Shown here one piece after another: positions 10,848-21,474 of a stretch of DNA of 64,000 nt. The stretch is taken from the NCBI GenBank assembly GCA_905612465.1, contig CAJQSC010000004.1, forward strand, positions 5,443 through 69,442, in the 5' to 3' direction. This DNA comes from an uncultured Candidatus Pelagibacter sp. GTDB taxonomy: Bacteria > Pseudomonadota > Alphaproteobacteria > Pelagibacterales > Pelagibacteraceae. The notes beneath the pieces were generated by a model. It searched no databases. It saw only the letters and a program-made list of their open reading frames with translations, and was not told the DNA's origin. The translations under genes and the position numbers were made by a program. The stretch's first letter is position 1. Every line of letters starts with the position of its first letter.

Positions 10848-11668
10848 AAAATATAAAAGTTAATTGTGGAAATATAGAAATTTCAAATAATAATAAAATT
10901 TGTATTATTGCTGGACCATGTCAACTCGAGACAGAGCAACACGCTATGGATATGGCTGGTAAAATTAAAGAAATAACATCCAAATTTAATATGGGTTTTA
11001 TTTATAAAACATCTTTCGATAAGGCTAATAGAACAAGTCTAAAAGGACAAAGAGGTGCGGGTCTTGAACAATCTTTGCCTATCTTTGATAAAATTAAAAA
11101 AGAATTAAATGTTCCAATATTAACTGACATACACAACGCCGAGCAATGTTCAGTGGTAGCCCCTCATGCAGATGTATTACAAATTCCAGCATTTTTATGC
11201 AGGCAAACAGATCTATTAATTGCTGCAGCCAAAACTGGGAAAATTATAAATGTTAAAAAAGGTCAATTCCTTGCACCATGGGATATGGTTAATGTTACAA
11301 AGAAAATTGCTGACTCAGGTAATAATAATATTTTAGTTACAGAAAGAGGAGCCAGTTTTGGTTACAATACTCTTGTCTCTGACATGAGGTCTCTACCTAT
11401 AATGGCAAAAAATGGTTACCCTGTTATTTTTGATGCTACACATTCAGTCCAGCAACCCGGAGGTTTAGGCGAAACCAGTGGTGGTCAAAGAGAGTTTGTT
11501 GAATATTTAGCAAGAGCTGCGGTCGCAGTTGGAGTTGCGGGTGTTTTTATTGAAACACACCAAGACCCAGATAATGCTCCATCAGATGGACCTAATATGG
11601 TTCCTCTAGATAAATTAGAAAAATTACTGTCTCAATTATTTGAAATAGATAATCTAATTAAAAAATAA
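10844..11668 (+). CDS. kdsA: KDO 8-phosphate synthase
   Basis: [37 protein letters not shown]. Confidence 0.97.
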   Translation: MKNIKVNCGNIEISNNNKICIIAGPCQLETEQHAMDMAGKIKEITSKFNMGFIYKTSFDKANRTSLKGQRGAGLEQSLPIFDKIKKELNVPILTDIHNAEQCSVVAPHADVLQIPAFLCRQTDLLIAAAKTGKIINVKKGQFLAPWDMVNVTKKIADSGNNNILVTERGASFGYNTLVSDMRSLPIMAKNGYPVIFDATHSVQQPGGLGETSGGQREFVEYLARAAVAVGVAGVFIETHQDPDNAPSDGPNMVPLDKLEKLLSQLFEIDNLIKK

Positions 11669-12925
11669 ATGAGTAAGATTTTAAAGATAAAAGCTCGTCA
11701 AGTTTTTGATAGCAGAGGGAACCCGACAATTGAAGCAGAGGTTTATTCAAAAAATTTAAGTGCCTCAGCTATTTGTCCTTCAGGTGCCTCAACTGGAACT
11801 TACGAAGCATTTGAAAAAAGAGACAACAATAATAAAAAATATTTAGGTAAAAGTGTTCTAGGCGCAGTCAATTTAGTTAATACAAAAATTTCTAAAAAAC
11901 TAACAGGTGCAAATATTCACGATCAAACACGCATAGATACAATCTTAATTAATCTAGATGGTACCCGGCAAAAAACAAGCTTGGGAGCTAATGCTATTTT
12001 AGCAGTGTCTATGGCAGTTAAGAAACTTTCTGCAAAAATCAAAAAAGTACCTTTATACAAAACATTTTTAGTAAAGAATAATTACAAATTACCTTACCCA
12101 TTAATGAATATTATTAATGGGGGAGCACATGCTAATAACGGATTAAGAATTCAAGAGTTTATGATTAGACCTGATAAAGCCAAAAGTTTTTCAGAAGCTA
12201 TTAGAATATGCTTTGTTGTAATTAATAACTTAAGAAAACTGATTGTAAAAAAGGGTTTATCGACATCTGTAGGAGATGAAGGGGGCTTTGCTCCAATGAT
12301 CAGTAACAATGAAAAAGCTTTAGATTTAGTTGTTTCAGCAATTAATAAGTCTGGTTTTAAAAATGGTAAGGATGTTTCGATTTGCTTGGATGTTGCAGCA
12401 AATGAATTAATCAAGAAAGACAAATACTCTATTCATTCAAAAAAATTTGTTTCGGTAGATCGATCTATTAAAGAATACAAAAAAATAATAAATAAATACA
12501 AAATTAAATCTATTGAAGATCCATTTGGAGAAAATGATTGGATAGCATGGAGTAAATTAATGAAAAATACTAATAATGTGCAAATAGTTGGAGATGATTT
12601 GTATGTAACTAATTTAGAAAGACTTAAAAAAGGTTTTTTAAACAACTCTTCAAATTCGATATTAATTAAACTTAACCAAATTGGCACAGTATCAGAAACA
12701 CTTGAGGTTATTAAGTTTGCACAAATTATTGGATATAAAACAATAATTTCTCATAGATCTGGAGACAGTGAAGACACTTTTATTGCAGACCTTGCTGTAG
12801 GTACAAATTCAAATCAAATCAAAACAGGATCTCTAGCAAGATCCGAACGAGTTGCAAAATATAATCAATTATTACGTATAGAAGAAGAGCTTGGAAAAAA
12901 AGCATTAATGAGTAAAATTCATTAA
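11669..12925 (+). CDS. eno: Enolase
   Basis: DSRGNPT, PSGASTG, GDEGG, SHRSG, KTGS..RSER. Confidence 0.97.
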   Translation: MSKILKIKARQVFDSRGNPTIEAEVYSKNLSASAICPSGASTGTYEAFEKRDNNNKKYLGKSVLGAVNLVNTKISKKLTGANIHDQTRIDTILINLDGTRQKTSLGANAILAVSMAVKKLSAKIKKVPLYKTFLVKNNYKLPYPLMNIINGGAHANNGLRIQEFMIRPDKAKSFSEAIRICFVVINNLRKLIVKKGLSTSVGDEGGFAPMISNNEKALDLVVSAINKSGFKNGKDVSICLDVAANELIKKDKYSIHSKKFVSVDRSIKEYKKIINKYKIKSIEDPFGENDWIAWSKLMKNTNNVQIVGDDLYVTNLERLKKGFLNNSSNSILIKLNQIGTVSETLEVIKFAQIIGYKTIISHRSGDSEDTFIADLAVGTNSNQIKTGSLARSERVAKYNQLLRIEEELGKKALMSKIH

Positions 12926-13227
12926 TGCTGGGTAAATTAAAAAAAAATTATTTTTTATTAATCTCTACTTTTTTAATACTTTATTTTTTCTTCAATCTTT
13001 TAGATGGTGAAAGAGGCCTTTTTTCTTATTTTAAAAAAAAAGAGATTCTATTAAATCTAAAAATTGAAGAAGATAATTTATCCAACAAAATCAAAGATCT
13101 TGAATTTAAAAACTCTCTATTAAGTAATAAATTAGACCTAGATTATATCGAAACACTAATCAGAGAAAAATTTATGTTTGGCAAAGAGGGGGAGACACTC
13201 TATATAATTAAGAAGAATGACAATTAA
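12925..13227 (+). CDS. ftsB: Septum formation initiator FtsB/DivIC
   Basis: TM, G.RG, coiled coil, DLDYIE..RE; follows eno as in other proteobacteria. Confidence 0.88.
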   Translation: MLGKLKKNYFLLISTFLILYFFFNLLDGERGLFSYFKKKEILLNLKIEEDNLSNKIKDLEFKNSLLSNKLDLDYIETLIREKFMFGKEGETLYIIKKNDN

Positions 13228-14161
13228 AGCAAGACACCCAGAAAAAGTTAATAAACCTGTAAATCCAATTAAGAAAAAACCTGATTGGATAAGATCTAAA
13301 TTAACTAATAGTAAAGAATTCTTCTTAACCAAAACTATCGTTAATCAAAACAATTTAGTAACAGTTTGCCAGGAAGCTAATTGTCCAAATATTACAGAAT
13401 GTTGGAGCAAGCGTCATGCCACATTTATGATCATGGGTGATACCTGCACAAGGGCATGTGCGTTCTGCGATGTTAAAACAGGAAAGCCTGAGAGTTTAGA
13501 TCCATTTGAGGCTTATAAAATTTCAAATGCTGTTCACAAACTAAATCTTAAACATGTTGTTATAACTTCAGTTGATAGGGACGACTTAGAAGATGGAGGC
13601 TCCAATCATTTTTTCGATGTAATTACAGCTACGAGAAAAAAAAACCCTCAAACATCAATTGAGGTTTTAACTCCAGATTTTTTAAGAAAAGGTGACTCTT
13701 ATAAAAAGATTTTAGAATCAGACTTAGATGTTTTCAATCATAACATTGAAACAGTTCCAAGACTTTATTTAAAAGTTAGACCAGGTGCAAGATATTTTGG
13801 CTCTTTAGAGCTTTTAAAAAATGTAAAAAAAATTAATAAAAAAGTTTTTACTAAATCAGGACTAATGGTTGGTTTGGGAGAAAGTAAGGATGAATTAATT
13901 CAGGTGATGGACGACTTAAGGTCTGCTGATGTAGATTTTTTAACAATAGGACAATACTTACAACCCTCTGTAAAACACCACCCTCTTGAAAGATATTACC
14001 ATCCAGATGAATTTAAGGATCTAGAAAATATTGCAAAATCTAAAGGTTTTTTATTAGTTTCATCTTCACCTTTAACAAGATCTTCTTATCATGCAGATGA
14101 AGATTTTGCTCAATTACAAAAAAATAAATTAGAAAAGTATAATGCCCAAAGCCTCAGTTAA
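13217..14161 (+). CDS. lipA: Lipoyl synthase
   Basis: [12 protein letters not shown], radical-SAM [14 protein letters not shown]. Confidence 0.98.
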   Translation: MTIKARHPEKVNKPVNPIKKKPDWIRSKLTNSKEFFLTKTIVNQNNLVTVCQEANCPNITECWSKRHATFMIMGDTCTRACAFCDVKTGKPESLDPFEAYKISNAVHKLNLKHVVITSVDRDDLEDGGSNHFFDVITATRKKNPQTSIEVLTPDFLRKGDSYKKILESDLDVFNHNIETVPRLYLKVRPGARYFGSLELLKNVKKINKKVFTKSGLMVGLGESKDELIQVMDDLRSADVDFLTIGQYLQPSVKHHPLERYYHPDEFKDLENIAKSKGFLLVSSSPLTRSSYHADEDFAQLQKNKLEKYNAQSLS

Positions 14162-14591
14162 GAGATTAATTGAATGCAATAAAGAACAATTAGTTGATCT
14201 TGTTCTAGATATTGAAAATTATCCAAAGTTTATACCTTATTGTTTAGATGCAAAAATTTATGAAAAAAAGGAAGAAAAGAATCTAATCTTAATAATTGCA
14301 GACCTTACAATAGGCAGGGGTCCATTTAAGGCAACCTACAAAAGTGATGTTAGATTTAATAAAGATACAGACACTATTCAAGTAACCAATATCGAAGGAC
14401 CTCTCAAACATTTGGATAATAAATGGGTTTTTTTTGAAAAGGATAACTCTACTGAGATATCTTTTGATATCGATTTTGAGATTGAAAATAAATTTTTAAA
14501 TATTGTAATGAGTAAATCTTTTCAGTATGGTTTGGATAAAATAGCTGACTCTTTTCAAAAAAGAGCTAACGATTTATTCAATAATAAATAA
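14142..14591 (+). CDS. START/Coq10-RatA family (cyclase/dehydrase-like) protein
   Basis: [15 protein letters not shown]..., [14 protein letters not shown]; typical lipA neighbour. Confidence 0.88.
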   Translation: MPKASVKRLIECNKEQLVDLVLDIENYPKFIPYCLDAKIYEKKEEKNLILIIADLTIGRGPFKATYKSDVRFNKDTDTIQVTNIEGPLKHLDNKWVFFEKDNSTEISFDIDFEIENKFLNIVMSKSFQYGLDKIADSFQKRANDLFNNK

Positions 14592-14626
14592 ATCATTAAA
14601 TAACCATATGTGCAGAAAGATATATC

Positions 14627-14833
14627 ATGACTACAGACTTACAAAAAAGAACAATTGTAAAAACATTAACTTGGCGTGTTACAGCCAGTTTAACAACTTT
14701 TATTATTGCATGGGCTTTAACAGGTGACTTATTAATAGGAGCAACTATCGGAAGTATTGAAGCTATAGCTAAAATTTTTCTATATTATTTTCATGAAAGA
14801 GTTTGGAACAATATAAGTTGGGCTAAAAGTTAG
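14627..14833 (+). CDS. Small membrane protein, DUF2061-like
   Basis: RTIVKTLTWRV...YYFHERVW pattern. Confidence 0.85.
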   Translation: MTTDLQKRTIVKTLTWRVTASLTTFIIAWALTGDLLIGATIGSIEAIAKIFLYYFHERVWNNISWAKS

Positions 14834-15300
14834 ATAATATTATCAATTATATTTAGTGCAGTGCTAACCGTAATTTTTTGTATAGATATTCTATTTTTAT
14901 TTTTAAATAGATTTTTTTTAGTTATTATTTTGTTTCCTTTTTTAACACCAATATAAACTAAACCGACAGGCTTTAATTTTGTGCCACCATTAGGTCCAGC
15001 AATACCTGTAATTGATATAGATATATTTGCTTTACTAATTTTGCTTAAATTTTTAACCATTGATAAACAGCATTCCTCACTGACAGCACCATATCTTTTT
15101 ATTATTTTATTAGGAACCTTAAGAATATCAACTTTTGCTTTATTTGAATAAGTGATTATACCTAAATTAAATACTTTAGATGACCCACTTATTGAAGTGA
15201 TTGAACTTGATAAAAGTCCACCCGTGCAGGATTCGGCAAAAGAAATTTTTAGTTTTTTTTGTATTAATTTTTTTACAACTTTATTAGCTAAATTCTTCAT
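14830..15300 (-). CDS. CinA C-terminal / NMN deamidase (PncC) family protein
   Basis: AESCTGG, YSN.AK, GAVS, TGIAGP.GG..KPVGLV. Confidence 0.92.
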   Translation of the reverse strand: MKNLANKVVKKLIQKKLKISFAESCTGGLLSSSITSISGSSKVFNLGIITYSNKAKVDILKVPNKIIKRYGAVSEECCLSMVKNLSKISKANISISITGIAGPNGGTKLKPVGLVYIGVKKGNKIITKKNLFKNKNRISIQKITVSTALNIIDNII

Positions 15301-15803
15301 TATAAAATGTAACTTTTAACAACCATAAAACAAACAAGTGTTAGCACCACGTATAGTCCTGCACATATATCATCCATTATTACACCAAAGCTATTTTTAA
15401 AGTTTTTATCAAAGAAGTTTACTGGAAAAGGTTTCATAATATCGAAATATCTAAATAATAAAAAAAATAATATATAATAAATAATAGCCTCACTACTTTC
15501 CTTAGCTGCTCCATGATAGACTTCATAAAGATAAATTGGTATTGATTGTCCAAGTAGTTCATCAATTACAATTTCTCCAGGGTCTTTATCTTTAGTATCT
15601 TTTGTGTGTGTTGAAACAGCATAAAAAGAATAAATAAATATTATTATTAATCCAATCAAAATTATATTCGAAGAAAGATTAATTGAATGAAATAAGTAAA
15701 AAAGAATAATAGTTGTAACAAGTGACCCAAAAGTTCCTGGTGCAAATTTAATTTTACCCACACCAAACATAGTTACAAAAAGTGAGTTAAAAGTTTTAAT
15801 CAT
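15300..15803 (-). CDS. pgpA: Phosphatidylglycerophosphatase A
   Basis: APGTFGS, DPGEIVIDE, FRYFDI.KP, GVIMDD. Confidence 0.94.
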   Translation of the reverse strand: MIKTFNSLFVTMFGVGKIKFAPGTFGSLVTTIILFYLFHSINLSSNIILIGLIIIFIYSFYAVSTHTKDTKDKDPGEIVIDELLGQSIPIYLYEVYHGAAKESSEAIIYYILFFLLFRYFDIMKPFPVNFFDKNFKNSFGVIMDDICAGLYVVLTLVCFMVVKSYIL

Positions 15804-16911
15804 ATTTTGCTACAGAAGTTATTACCTCACACGCTATAGCTTTTTCTTTACCTATTAAACCTAGTTTTTCAGTTGTTTTACCTTTAATATTTACTTGTGA
15901 TGGTAAAATTTTACATATTTTCGCTATGCAGTTTACAATATCTTTTTTATATTTTTGAATTTTTGGTTTTTGAGTAATGATATTGATATCAATATTATTG
16001 ATAGAAAAACCTTTGTTATTAATCAGTTCAATTATTTTTCTTAATAAAATTGTAGACCTAATATTTTTAAATCTTTTATTTTTATCTGAAAATTTTTCAC
16101 CTATATCACCCAAGCCACATGCACCAAGTATTGAATCTATTACTGCATGTAAAACAGGATCACCATCTGAATGACCTAAGGTGCCTATAGATGATGGTAT
16201 TTTAATTCCACCCAAATAAAGTTTTTTATTAGGTACTAATCTATGAATGTCAAAACCCAATCCATATTTAATTTGTTTATTAATTTTTATATCTGAATTT
16301 ATTGTAATTTTATTGTTATTAATTTCACCTTTAATAATTTTTATTTTTATACCCGCTCGTACGAATAAATTTGCATCATCGGTAATTTCATCATCTCTGT
16401 TATTTTGAAGTGAATATAATTTTTTATAATTAAATGCTTGAGGTGTTTGAATTAAGTAAATGTTTTCTCTTTTCAAGTTTGTAACTGTATTTGAATTTTT
16501 TTGTTTTACAGAATCAGATGTCTGAATTGCCGGTATGACACAATCATTCAATTTGAGATCTTTGTGTAATCTATCTAAAAGTTTAAGAGAAAAGTTAGGC
16601 CTAGCAGCATCATGAATTAAAACATTTTTAATATTATAACTCTTAATACTTTGAAGAGCATTATAGGCTGATTCAGCTCGAGTTTTCCCCCCAATAACTA
16701 TTTTGATGTTTTTAGTTTTTAGTTTTTTTATGTAAGACTTATGTTTTTTATTAATAACAAGAACAATTTTACTAAATTTACTATAATTTTCTGCTTTATC
16801 TAAAGAATGTAGAATTAAAGATTTGCCTTTGTATAGGTGATAAGGCTTTGGTATATTTGAATTAAATCTTTTACTTTCTCCTCCAGCCAGTATTATAAAG
16901 CAACTATTCAT
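15796..16911 (-). CDS. ispDF: Bifunctional IspD/IspF (MEP pathway)
   Basis: IspD: LAGG..KR, HDAARP, QTPQAF, TDD; IspF: GFDIH, GHSDGD, GDIG, KTTE. Confidence 0.95.
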   Translation of the reverse strand: MNSCFIILAGGESKRFNSNIPKPYHLYKGKSLILHSLDKAENYSKFSKIVLVINKKHKSYIKKLKTKNIKIVIGGKTRAESAYNALQSIKSYNIKNVLIHDAARPNFSLKLLDRLHKDLKLNDCVIPAIQTSDSVKQKNSNTVTNLKRENIYLIQTPQAFNYKKLYSLQNNRDDEITDDANLFVRAGIKIKIIKGEINNNKITINSDIKINKQIKYGLGFDIHRLVPNKKLYLGGIKIPSSIGTLGHSDGDPVLHAVIDSILGACGLGDIGEKFSDKNKRFKNIRSTILLRKIIELINNKGFSINNIDINIITQKPKIQKYKKDIVNCIAKICKILPSQVNIKGKTTEKLGLIGKEKAIACEVITSVAKYD

Positions 16912-16944
16912 GATAAAAACATATAATTATTTATTTATCTCACA

Positions 16945-18726
16945 ATGATCGATTTTATTAAAAAAAATATTTTTATTGGTTTAGTTTTTTTAATAACCTT
17001 AACACTAGCTTTTATAACTTTTTTAACCTTTATTGACAAAAGTTTTTTTATACTAACAGATCAAAATTTGCAGCATCTTTTAGGACTTAATATATTTCTT
17101 TTATCACTGTTTTTTTATATGATTTTTAAAGAAGTTAGCGCATCTTTGAAGATTGATGTTGATGTTAGGGGATCAAAGGCTAATAGAAAATATATTACAT
17201 TTTTTGCGCTATTCACTTTAATACCATCGATATTAATATCATTATTTTCATTATTTATACTGTCATTTGCTCTAGAAAAATATTTAGATAAAAAAGTTAC
17301 TTCCGCAGTTAACAACTCATATCAGATTGCTAAAAGTTATACGGAAGAAGTAAGAACCAAGACTCAATCTGAAATCATATTAATTGCCTATGATTTGAAT
17401 AAAAGTATGAATTTTTTAAAAACAAATATTAATCAGTTTAAAAGTTTTCTAAATACTCAAAAATTGATAAGAGATATTGATGAAGTTCATATTATTGAAT
17501 CTGATGGGGCACTTTATTTATCAACTTTAAAGGATTTATCATTATACATACCACCTCAAACCGAGGCTCTTGAAATGGTTTTAAATGATAAAAGACCACT
17601 TAAAATTATTAATGCATATAAAAATCAAACTGCATCAATTATAAAACTAGAAAGTTTTGATGGCAAGTATCTATATATAGTTAAATATTTAGATAAAAAA
17701 ATCTCTCAGTATTTACGAGATTCGCAAGAAGCACTAAATTTTTATTATACAGTATTAAACAAACAAACAGGAATAAAGGTTTCATTCGTGTTTATTTATC
17801 TTGTTATAGTCTCTCTTTTACTATTTTTATCCATATCTATAGCAATAAGGTTTTCATCAAGATTTTTTAGATCAATTAATAATTTAATCATTGCATCGTC
17901 TAATATTGGTAAAGGTGATTTAAATACAAAAGTTCCTGAAATAAAAGCAGATAAAGACATGGAAATTCTTAATAAAAATTTTAATTTAATGACCGATCAA
18001 TTAAGGGCACAACAAGAAAAATTGATTATAAATGAAAGACATGAGGCTTGGGAGAACTTAGCAAGAAAATTAGCACATGAAATTAAAAATCCACTCACAC
18101 CAATTCAGTTAACAATCGATCGTTTAAAAAGTAAACATTCAGAAAAAATGGAAATTGAGCAAAAAGAAGATTTCACTAAAAGTCTAAGAATTATTGGAAA
18201 ACAGATAAAACAGATTGAAAATTTAGTAAATGAATTTTCTGATTTCGCAAGAATGCCAAAACCTATATTTAAAGATAACAATTTATCATCATTAGTTGAA
18301 GATAATATCAATTTGATAGGTGAGCTAGACAAAAATATTTCAATTAATTTTAACACTAATAATGATAGACTAATTATTAATTCAGATAATGAGCAATTGA
18401 GTAGGGTATTCTTTAATATTATCAAAAACTCTATTGAGAGTATTCAGGAGAAAAGAATTAATAAGAAGGGTTTTAAGGGTAAAATTGACATTATTTTAAA
18501 CGAAAATGAATCTGATATAGATTTTACAATAATTGACAATGGTTTAGGTTTTGGATTATTAAATGAAAATATAAAAAATATTTTAAATCCCTACTTTACA
18601 ACAAAGAAAAAAGGTACGGGCTTAGGTTTGGCAATAGTTAACAAAATAATAAATGATCATAACGGATCTATAAAATTCGAAAAAATTGAAGATGGTGCAA
18701 AAATTAAAATTAAGTTTATAAAATGA
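16945..18726 (+). CDS. ntrY: Sensor histidine kinase NtrY
   Basis: Multiple TMs, HAMP, AW..LARKLAHEIKNPLTPIQL H-box, GTGLGL; upstream of ntrX. Confidence 0.92.
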   Translation: MIDFIKKNIFIGLVFLITLTLAFITFLTFIDKSFFILTDQNLQHLLGLNIFLLSLFFYMIFKEVSASLKIDVDVRGSKANRKYITFFALFTLIPSILISLFSLFILSFALEKYLDKKVTSAVNNSYQIAKSYTEEVRTKTQSEIILIAYDLNKSMNFLKTNINQFKSFLNTQKLIRDIDEVHIIESDGALYLSTLKDLSLYIPPQTEALEMVLNDKRPLKIINAYKNQTASIIKLESFDGKYLYIVKYLDKKISQYLRDSQEALNFYYTVLNKQTGIKVSFVFIYLVIVSLLLFLSISIAIRFSSRFFRSINNLIIASSNIGKGDLNTKVPEIKADKDMEILNKNFNLMTDQLRAQQEKLIINERHEAWENLARKLAHEIKNPLTPIQLTIDRLKSKHSEKMEIEQKEDFTKSLRIIGKQIKQIENLVNEFSDFARMPKPIFKDNNLSSLVEDNINLIGELDKNISINFNTNNDRLIINSDNEQLSRVFFNIIKNSIESIQEKRINKKGFKGKIDIILNENESDIDFTIIDNGLGFGLLNENIKNILNPYFTTKKKGTGLGLAIVNKIINDHNGSIKFEKIEDGAKIKIKFIK

Positions 18727-20078
18727 GTTCAGAAATATTAATTATTGATGATAATGTAGATATAAGAAACATTATTAATGATTTGATTAATGATGCTGGT
18801 TATAAGACTAGACTAGCAGCAAATTATAACCAAGCATTAAATGAAATTGATAAAAAACTTCCTGATGTGGCAATTATTGATGTTAAATTAGACAAGGGTG
18901 ATAACGACGGGTTAGAACTTTTATCACACATTAAAACAAAAGATAAAAATATTCCTGTAATTATAATAACTGGTCATGCTAATATTGAAATGGCAATAAA
19001 AGCACTTAAGGCCGGTGCTTTTGAATTTATTGAAAAGCCATTTAATCAAGAAAGACTAATAAACTTTGTTAATCGTGCTGTAGAAAATATTAAATTAAAA
19101 AATAAAAACAAAGAATTTGAAAATAAACTATTTTATTCTTATGAATTAATAGGGGATACTGAAAATATTAAAAATATCAAAGATCAAATAAATAAGATTT
19201 CAATTTCTGAGAGTAGAATTTTTATAAATGGGCCGACAGGCTCTGGTAAGGAATTAATAGCAAGAAAAATTCATAAACAATCTCAAAGACAAAAAGGTCC
19301 TTTCACAGTTTTAAATGGTGCTTTATTAGATATAGAAAAATATGAATTAGAACTGTTTGGAGAAGAAAAAAATAATGGTTCAATTGCTTATGGTGCTTTA
19401 GAAAAATCAACTGGAGGTATCCTTTTAATTGACGAAATTTCAGAAATTCCTCTTGAAACACAATCTAAAATTTTACGTGTCTTAATAGATCAAAAATTTA
19501 AAAGAATTAATGGAAGTCATGATATCAATGTCGATGTTAGAATTATATGTACATCAAGTAAAAATATTAAAAATGAAATAGAAGATGGAAATTTTAGGGA
19601 GGATCTTTATCATAGACTAAATGTTTTTGAGATTAACATAGAACCTTTGAAAAATAGAGTTTCTGACATTCCACTATTAGTTGATTATTTTTCAGAAAAA
19701 GTTTCAACAAATTATAATTTAAAAAAGTTAAATATAGATACAAATAATAATTACTTACTTAACTATGATTGGCCAGGTAATGTAAGAGAACTTAGAAATT
19801 TGATTGAGAGAATTGCAATTCTTACCCCAGATTCTTCAGATAAAATTTCTAATATCATTAAAGAATCGCTAAAAACACCAGATATTTTCAATTCAGCATC
19901 AGAAAACTCATTATCTATACCATTAAAAGAGGCTAGAGAAAATTTTGAAAAGGAGTATTTAACTACTCAACTAAGAAAATTTAATGGCAATATATCAAGA
20001 ACTGCAGATTTTATTGGAATGGAAAGATCTGCCTTACACAGAAAGTTAAAAGGACTAGGTATTAAGGAATTAGATTAA
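18723..20078 (+). CDS. ntrX: Response regulator NtrX (REC-AAA+-Fis HTH)
   Basis: Receiver domain, GPTGSGKE, FREDLYHRL, WPGNVRELRN, GMERSALHRKL; no GAFTGA. Confidence 0.93.
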   Translation: MSSEILIIDDNVDIRNIINDLINDAGYKTRLAANYNQALNEIDKKLPDVAIIDVKLDKGDNDGLELLSHIKTKDKNIPVIIITGHANIEMAIKALKAGAFEFIEKPFNQERLINFVNRAVENIKLKNKNKEFENKLFYSYELIGDTENIKNIKDQINKISISESRIFINGPTGSGKELIARKIHKQSQRQKGPFTVLNGALLDIEKYELELFGEEKNNGSIAYGALEKSTGGILLIDEISEIPLETQSKILRVLIDQKFKRINGSHDINVDVRIICTSSKNIKNEIEDGNFREDLYHRLNVFEINIEPLKNRVSDIPLLVDYFSEKVSTNYNLKKLNIDTNNNYLLNYDWPGNVRELRNLIERIAILTPDSSDKISNIIKESLKTPDIFNSASENSLSIPLKEARENFEKEYLTTQLRKFNGNISRTADFIGMERSALHRKLKGLGIKELD

Positions 20079-21470
20079 ATGAATATAATTATTTGTGGAG
20101 CAGGTAGAGTTGGTTTTACTATAGCTAAAATTCTAAGTGAACAAGGTCATTCTATAACCGTAATTGATCAATCTAGTGAAGACATACAAAAAATTGATGA
20201 GTCTTTAGATGTAAAATCTATAGTTGGTAAAGCTACGTACCCTTCAATCTTAGAGAAAGCAAACGCATCTGATGCTGATATGATAATTGCAGTAACGCGA
20301 AATGATGAGATTAATATGCTTATATGTCAAATTGCTTTTTCTATTTTTAATGTCCAAAAAAAAATTGCTAGAATAAGATCTCAAGATTATTTAAATCCTA
20401 AATTTACAAAAGTTTATAATAAAGAAAATCTACCTATTGATGTAATTATTTCACCAGAAATTGAAATAGCTAAGTCTTTGCAAAGAAAATTAGAAGCACC
20501 AGGAGCCCTAGACAATGTTCAGTTTGCTAACAATAAAATTAGATTACTTGAAATTTTGATTAATGAAAATTGCTCCATAAAAGAAACTAAACTTAACGAA
20601 CTTACAAAAAAATTTCCAAGATTAAATGCTAATATTATGGGTGTTATTAGAGAAGAAAAATTTTTTATTTTAAAAAAAAATGATATAATGCTTAAAGGTG
20701 ATAAGGCTTATGTTATAATTGATGCAGCACAAATGAAGGACACATTAGTTGCTTTTGGGCATAATGAAAAAATTTCAAATAAGATTTTGATAATAGGTGG
20801 TGGAAATATTGGTTTTAATTTAGCTAAAAATCTTGAAGAAAGTTTTGATTCAATGAGAGTAAAAATCATTGAAAAAAATAAAGAAAGATCCGAACTTATT
20901 GCAAGCGAGCTCAATAACACAATCGTAATTAATGGTGATGCTCTAGATGAAGAAGTTTTAATGGAAGCAAATATTGATGAAGTACAAACAGTACTCGCTC
21001 TTACTAATGATGATGAAGATAATTTAATGGTAAGTATATTAGTTGAAAAATTTGCCAAAGATCAAAGTGATATAATAGAAAAAAGAACAATGGCTTTAAT
21101 AAATAAACCTAATTATTCATTATTGCAGTCTTCTTTAAAAATTGATGACTTTATTGATCCAAGAATGAATACTGTATCAAGTATATTAAAACATATTCAT
21201 AAAGGTACAATAGAAAACGCATATAGTATTTTAAATGGTGAATATGAAATTATTGAAGCAGAAATAATTGAAACTTCTGAGCTTATTAACAAAGAATTAA
21301 AAAATTCAAATTTACCAGATGAAATACGTGTTGGTGCCATCTTAAGAGACGAAGATGTTATTATTCCAAGGTCAGATTTTGTATTTAAAAAAGAAGATGT
21401 TGTTGTTTTACTGGCAAAAAAAGATTTTTTAAATATTGTTGAAAATATGTTTCGTATAAGTTCAATCTAA
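20079..21470 (+). CDS. trkA: Trk potassium transport NAD-binding subunit
   Basis: Two RCK domains with GAGRVG and GGGNIG. Confidence 0.95.
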   Translation: MNIIICGAGRVGFTIAKILSEQGHSITVIDQSSEDIQKIDESLDVKSIVGKATYPSILEKANASDADMIIAVTRNDEINMLICQIAFSIFNVQKKIARIRSQDYLNPKFTKVYNKENLPIDVIISPEIEIAKSLQRKLEAPGALDNVQFANNKIRLLEILINENCSIKETKLNELTKKFPRLNANIMGVIREEKFFILKKNDIMLKGDKAYVIIDAAQMKDTLVAFGHNEKISNKILIIGGGNIGFNLAKNLEESFDSMRVKIIEKNKERSELIASELNNTIVINGDALDEEVLMEANIDEVQTVLALTNDDEDNLMVSILVEKFAKDQSDIIEKRTMALINKPNYSLLQSSLKIDDFIDPRMNTVSSILKHIHKGTIENAYSILNGEYEIIEAEIIETSELINKELKNSNLPDEIRVGAILRDEDVIIPRSDFVFKKEDVVVLLAKKDFLNIVENMFRISSI

Positions 21471-21474
21471 TCAA

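Noticed and set aside
14142-14591. RatA toxin / toxin-antitoxin pair
   Set aside because: No RatB partner; this START/Coq10 family is better explained as a quinone-binding protein conserved next to lipA
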